From Clostridium sp. CAG:452 (GTDB lineage: Bacteria; Spirochaetota; Spirochaetia; Sphaerochaetales; Sphaerochaetaceae), in contig CAVFXW010000001.1 in the NCBI GenBank assembly GCA_963626675.1, positions 8,232 through 72,231 of the forward strand: 64,000 bases of DNA. Reading direction: 5' to 3'. Numbering within the stretch: position 1 is the first letter of the stretch; each line of letters starts with the position of its first letter. The translations under genes and the position numbers were made by a program. The notes under the pieces are model-generated. The model saw only the letters and a program-made list of their open reading frames with translations, was not told where the DNA came from and searched no databases. This document shows, piece after piece, positions 61,533 to 64,000 of the stretch.

Positions 61533-62080
61533 AGATCGAAATTAAATCAAAAAGTTTCGGAGAGAGAATAATATTCAAAGACTTGTCCCTCTTAATTAGA
61601 GACGGGGAATCTACACTTATATGCGGCGAGAGTGGAAGGGGAAAGACAACGCTCCTAAGGATGATAGCCCGCCTTGATGAAGATTATTGTGGTCATATAG
61701 ATTCTGATGGTGGTGTTCTTCTTTTTCAAGATAACAGACTCATTGAGAATATGTCGGTTTTGTCGAATCTTGAGCTTGTTACTGATGACAGAAAAAAGGC
61801 CTTGGAATTACTAAAAGAGCTGGGACTTGAGGGAGAGGAAAAGAGTATTGTTTCTACACTTTCTGGTGGAATGAAGAGACGTGTTGCAATAGCAAGAGTT
61901 CTCCTATTAGAGAGTACGCTATATCTCTTTGATGAACCATTTTCTGCCTTGGATGATGATACAAAAAAGAGAACGGCAGAGGTAATAAGAAGAAATACGG
62001 AAGGAAAGACGATTATTGTTGTCTCCCATGATATAGAAGACGGAAGGCTCCTTTGCTGTTCTTCTGTAGTGGACCTTTGA
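61529..62080 (+). CDS. ABC transporter ATP-binding protein (compact, 183 aa)
   Basis: Walker A GESGRGKTT, Q-loop LLFQD, LSGGMKRRVAIARVL, Walker B LYLFDEPFSALD, H-loop VSHD. 4-nt overlap with the permease gene. Confidence 0.8.
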   Translation: MKIEIKSKSFGERIIFKDLSLLIRDGESTLICGESGRGKTTLLRMIARLDEDYCGHIDSDGGVLLFQDNRLIENMSVLSNLELVTDDRKKALELLKELGLEGEEKSIVSTLSGGMKRRVAIARVLLLESTLYLFDEPFSALDDDTKKRTAEVIRRNTEGKTIIVVSHDIEDGRLLCCSSVVDL

Positions 62081-62104
62081 ATCGAAGTAATTTACACTTG
62101 AGCT

Positions 62105-63817
62105 ATGTGCAAAGAAAAATTACCCAAGTGGGATCTTGAATCCATCTATTCAAGTGTTGAAAGCAAAGAATTCAAAGATGATATAGGAAGGCTTTATAAG
62201 CTGTCGTCACTTCTTAAAGAGAGGTGTCTGGATTCCTCAATCCCATTGATTGAACTTATAAAACTTCGTGATGAGATGAGCGCTCTTAAGACGGAACTCA
62301 GCGCATATGCATATGCCTCATTCAGTGTTGATACTACCAATCCTCTAGTTATTGCAGCATACTCGAAGGTTGAGGATGCTTGTGTAGTTGCAGAAGAAGC
62401 AGATACAGTCTTCGAGTATTACACTCGAGAGAGGGAGAGTGAATTTAGATCTCCCTTACTTCTAGATTATGCCCTCTTTCTTAATGAAGCGAAAATAAAT
62501 AGCAGCCATATGATGAGTCTTGAGGAAGAGGCCCTTGCCGGAGAGATGCTTCAAGTCTCTTCATCAGCATGGGAAAAACTCCATATGACGGTGACAGCTG
62601 AGATCAAGGACGGAGACAAAACCCTCACCCAGCTAAGGGGAATGCAGTCAAGTGGCGATAGAAGTGTGAGAAAGGATGCCTATGAGAGGGAGATAAAGAT
62701 TTTGGCTTCTTCCCGTACTTCTCTTGCAGCCGCCCTTAACGGCGTCAAAGGGACGACACTCCTATTAGAAAAGAGAAGGGGCTGGAAGGACCCTCTTGAT
62801 CGCTCGTTGTTTTATTCGAGAATAACTCATAAGACTCTTGATGCACTCATCTCTACGCTAGAAGACTCAAGGGAGATGTTCAAGGACTACCTACGCACAA
62901 AGGCTCAGCTTTTAGGGCTCGATCACCTCGACTGGTATGATATTGCAGCACCGGTCGGAAAGGTCTCTTTGTCCTATACATGGCAAGAGGCTAAAGATCT
63001 TGTTACAAGATGCTATACGTCATTCTCTCCGGAAGTTGGGGCATTCATAAAGAGTGCATTTGATAATAGGTGGATTGATCCCGAGAGTAGGGATGGCAAG
63101 ATCGGAGGTGCGTATGATATATCATTCCCGTTAAAGGGAGAGAGCAGAGTTATGATGAATTGGGATGGTTCGTATGATTCTGTATCGACTCTTGCACATG
63201 AACTTGGCCATGCATACCACGACTATGTTGTTAAGGACTATCCGATGAGCCAGAAGAACTATCCGATGACCCTCGCAGAGACGGCGTCAATCTTTGGTGA
63301 GACAACGCTCTTTAAACAAGTGCTGAAGACCTGCTCTGACGACGAGAGCCTTGGGATAATCGAAGCCTTTGTGGCCTCTTCTTTCCAGGTTTGTATAGAT
63401 ATTCTCTCCCGCTTCTACTTTGAGAAATATGCTTTCGAAGCGAGAAGGGAAGGCGATGTAACACCCGATGAATTCTGTCGTCTCATGACACAATCGCAAG
63501 AGGAGACATACGGGGACGCTGTCAGAATTAAACACCCATATATGTGGGCAGTGAAAGGCCACTATTATTCTGAAGGGTTTTCATTCTACAACTATCCGTA
63601 TGCATTTGGACAATTGTTTGCTCTTGGCCTATATGCTTCAAAAGACAGCGTAGAGGATTTTCCTTCCCACTATAAGAATGTGCTTTCAATGACTGGGCGT
63701 TATAATGCCGAGGATGTTGCGCGTGCAGCCGGTTGTGATATAGAGAGTAAAGAATTCTGGATGAAGGGAATAAATCTAATCGGGGAATATGCAAAGAAAT
63801 TGAAAGAATGGCTTTAA
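62105..63817 (+). CDS. pepF: Oligoendopeptidase F (M3B)
   Basis: Zinc motif HELGHAYH with a downstream ETAS Glu ligand region. 570 aa. Confidence 0.88.
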   Translation: MCKEKLPKWDLESIYSSVESKEFKDDIGRLYKLSSLLKERCLDSSIPLIELIKLRDEMSALKTELSAYAYASFSVDTTNPLVIAAYSKVEDACVVAEEADTVFEYYTRERESEFRSPLLLDYALFLNEAKINSSHMMSLEEEALAGEMLQVSSSAWEKLHMTVTAEIKDGDKTLTQLRGMQSSGDRSVRKDAYEREIKILASSRTSLAAALNGVKGTTLLLEKRRGWKDPLDRSLFYSRITHKTLDALISTLEDSREMFKDYLRTKAQLLGLDHLDWYDIAAPVGKVSLSYTWQEAKDLVTRCYTSFSPEVGAFIKSAFDNRWIDPESRDGKIGGAYDISFPLKGESRVMMNWDGSYDSVSTLAHELGHAYHDYVVKDYPMSQKNYPMTLAETASIFGETTLFKQVLKTCSDDESLGIIEAFVASSFQVCIDILSRFYFEKYAFEARREGDVTPDEFCRLMTQSQEETYGDAVRIKHPYMWAVKGHYYSEGFSFYNYPYAFGQLFALGLYASKDSVEDFPSHYKNVLSMTGRYNAEDVARAAGCDIESKEFWMKGINLIGEYAKKLKEWL

Positions 63818-64000
63818 AAATTAAAAAACTAATTTCCTCTGCCCGTGGAATTGGATATGACAACGGTAAAACCGTAATACTCTCCAATGCACTTCCCGGT
63901 GAGGAAGTAGAATACTTCATAAAGAGAGAACGTAAGGGAATAATTGAAGGAGAGGTAACAAGAATACTTGTCTCCTCTCCGTTACGCGTAGAACCACTAT
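63808..64000 (+). CDS. 23S rRNA (uracil-5)-methyltransferase RumA/RlmD-like, N-terminal TRAM part only (continues beyond window end)
   Basis: Not in the ORF track (open-ended). The ATG at 63808 overlaps the pepF stop by 10 nt. MALKIKKLISSARGIGYDNGKTVILSNALPGEEVEYFIKRERKGIIEGEVTRILVSSPLRVEPL fits the TRAM-domain pattern (G.G....GK.V.....LPGE.V........K...GE...IL..SP.RV.P). No stop before 64000. Confidence 0.55.
   Translation, partial: MALKIKKLISSARGIGYDNGKTVILSNALPGEEVEYFIKRERKGIIEGEVTRILVSSPLRVEPL

Noticed and set aside
61529-62080. Suspicion that the 183-aa ABC ATPase is a truncated pseudogene
   Set aside because: Walker A, Q-loop, signature, Walker B and H-loop are all present and in order. 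The stop is followed by a normal spacer and pepF. It is more likely a naturally compact ATPase.
1-64000. Scan for CRISPR arrays, tRNA, rRNA, tmRNA, RNase P and SRP RNA signatures in the spacers
   Set aside because: I found no regularly spaced direct repeats. I also found none of the conserved cores I searched for by eye: GAGGAAAGTCC, a tRNA-like CCA-ending cloverleaf, or the SRP GGAAG/AGCAGC pairing (only a loose CGGAAGG at about 59678). An Infernal/tRNAscan run would be needed to be certain.

Overview
This is a densely packed, AT-rich 64-kb chromosomal segment (by eye, not computed). About 60 protein genes can be supported. I recognised no rRNA, tRNA or CRISPR array. Gene content suggests a diderm bacterium, possibly spirochaete-like: a TolC-like protein, many small beta-barrel proteins, Cys-lipobox lipoproteins, PP2C-HATPase fusions and cdaA. 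That taxonomic guess is inference only.

Most of the window is housekeeping:
- Proteases and repair: pepT, nfo, an M16C peptidase, M42 peptidase, radC, pepF.
- A gapless chain glpK-cdaA-cdaR-like-acpS-truA-UDG-like-priA.
- def-fmt, hisIE, rlmL, hslO.
- A CUT1 sugar ABC operon.

Accessory DNA:
- An IS3-type OrfA remnant at about 21.9-22.3 kb.
- A gene-poor 3.7-kb island (31.4-35.1 kb). It holds an intact IS1634-type element with inverted repeats and a 32-aa hydrophobic ORF with a strong SD that looks like a holin-like type I toxin.

The most interesting region is a 16.7-kb, 13-gene co-directional array (42694-59436). It joins three modules:
- A sigma-less partner-switching module: a STAS protein, a MATE transporter fused to a degenerate RsbW-like HATPase domain, a methyltransferase-GNAT fusion, and a sensor PP2C phosphatase fused to an intact RsbW-like kinase.
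- A RiPP-type locus, starting 3 nt after the PP2C gene. It has a mini HlyD-like anchor, a C39-peptidase ABC exporter, a second NHLM-type ABC exporter, a 143-aa Nif11-leader precursor with an unusually long Ser-rich, zinc-ribbon-like core, and an RRE-bearing radical SAM/SPASM maturase.
- A TolC-like/MacA-like/MacB-like efflux set.

I do not recognise the precursor core or this module combination as a characterised system.

Downstream, a G+C-richer, hairpin-rich 370-nt spacer ending in an intrinsic-terminator-like hairpin precedes a NitT/TauT-type ABC operon. It may be an unassigned riboswitch or leader.

All family assignments come from motif recognition in the translations. No searches were run.
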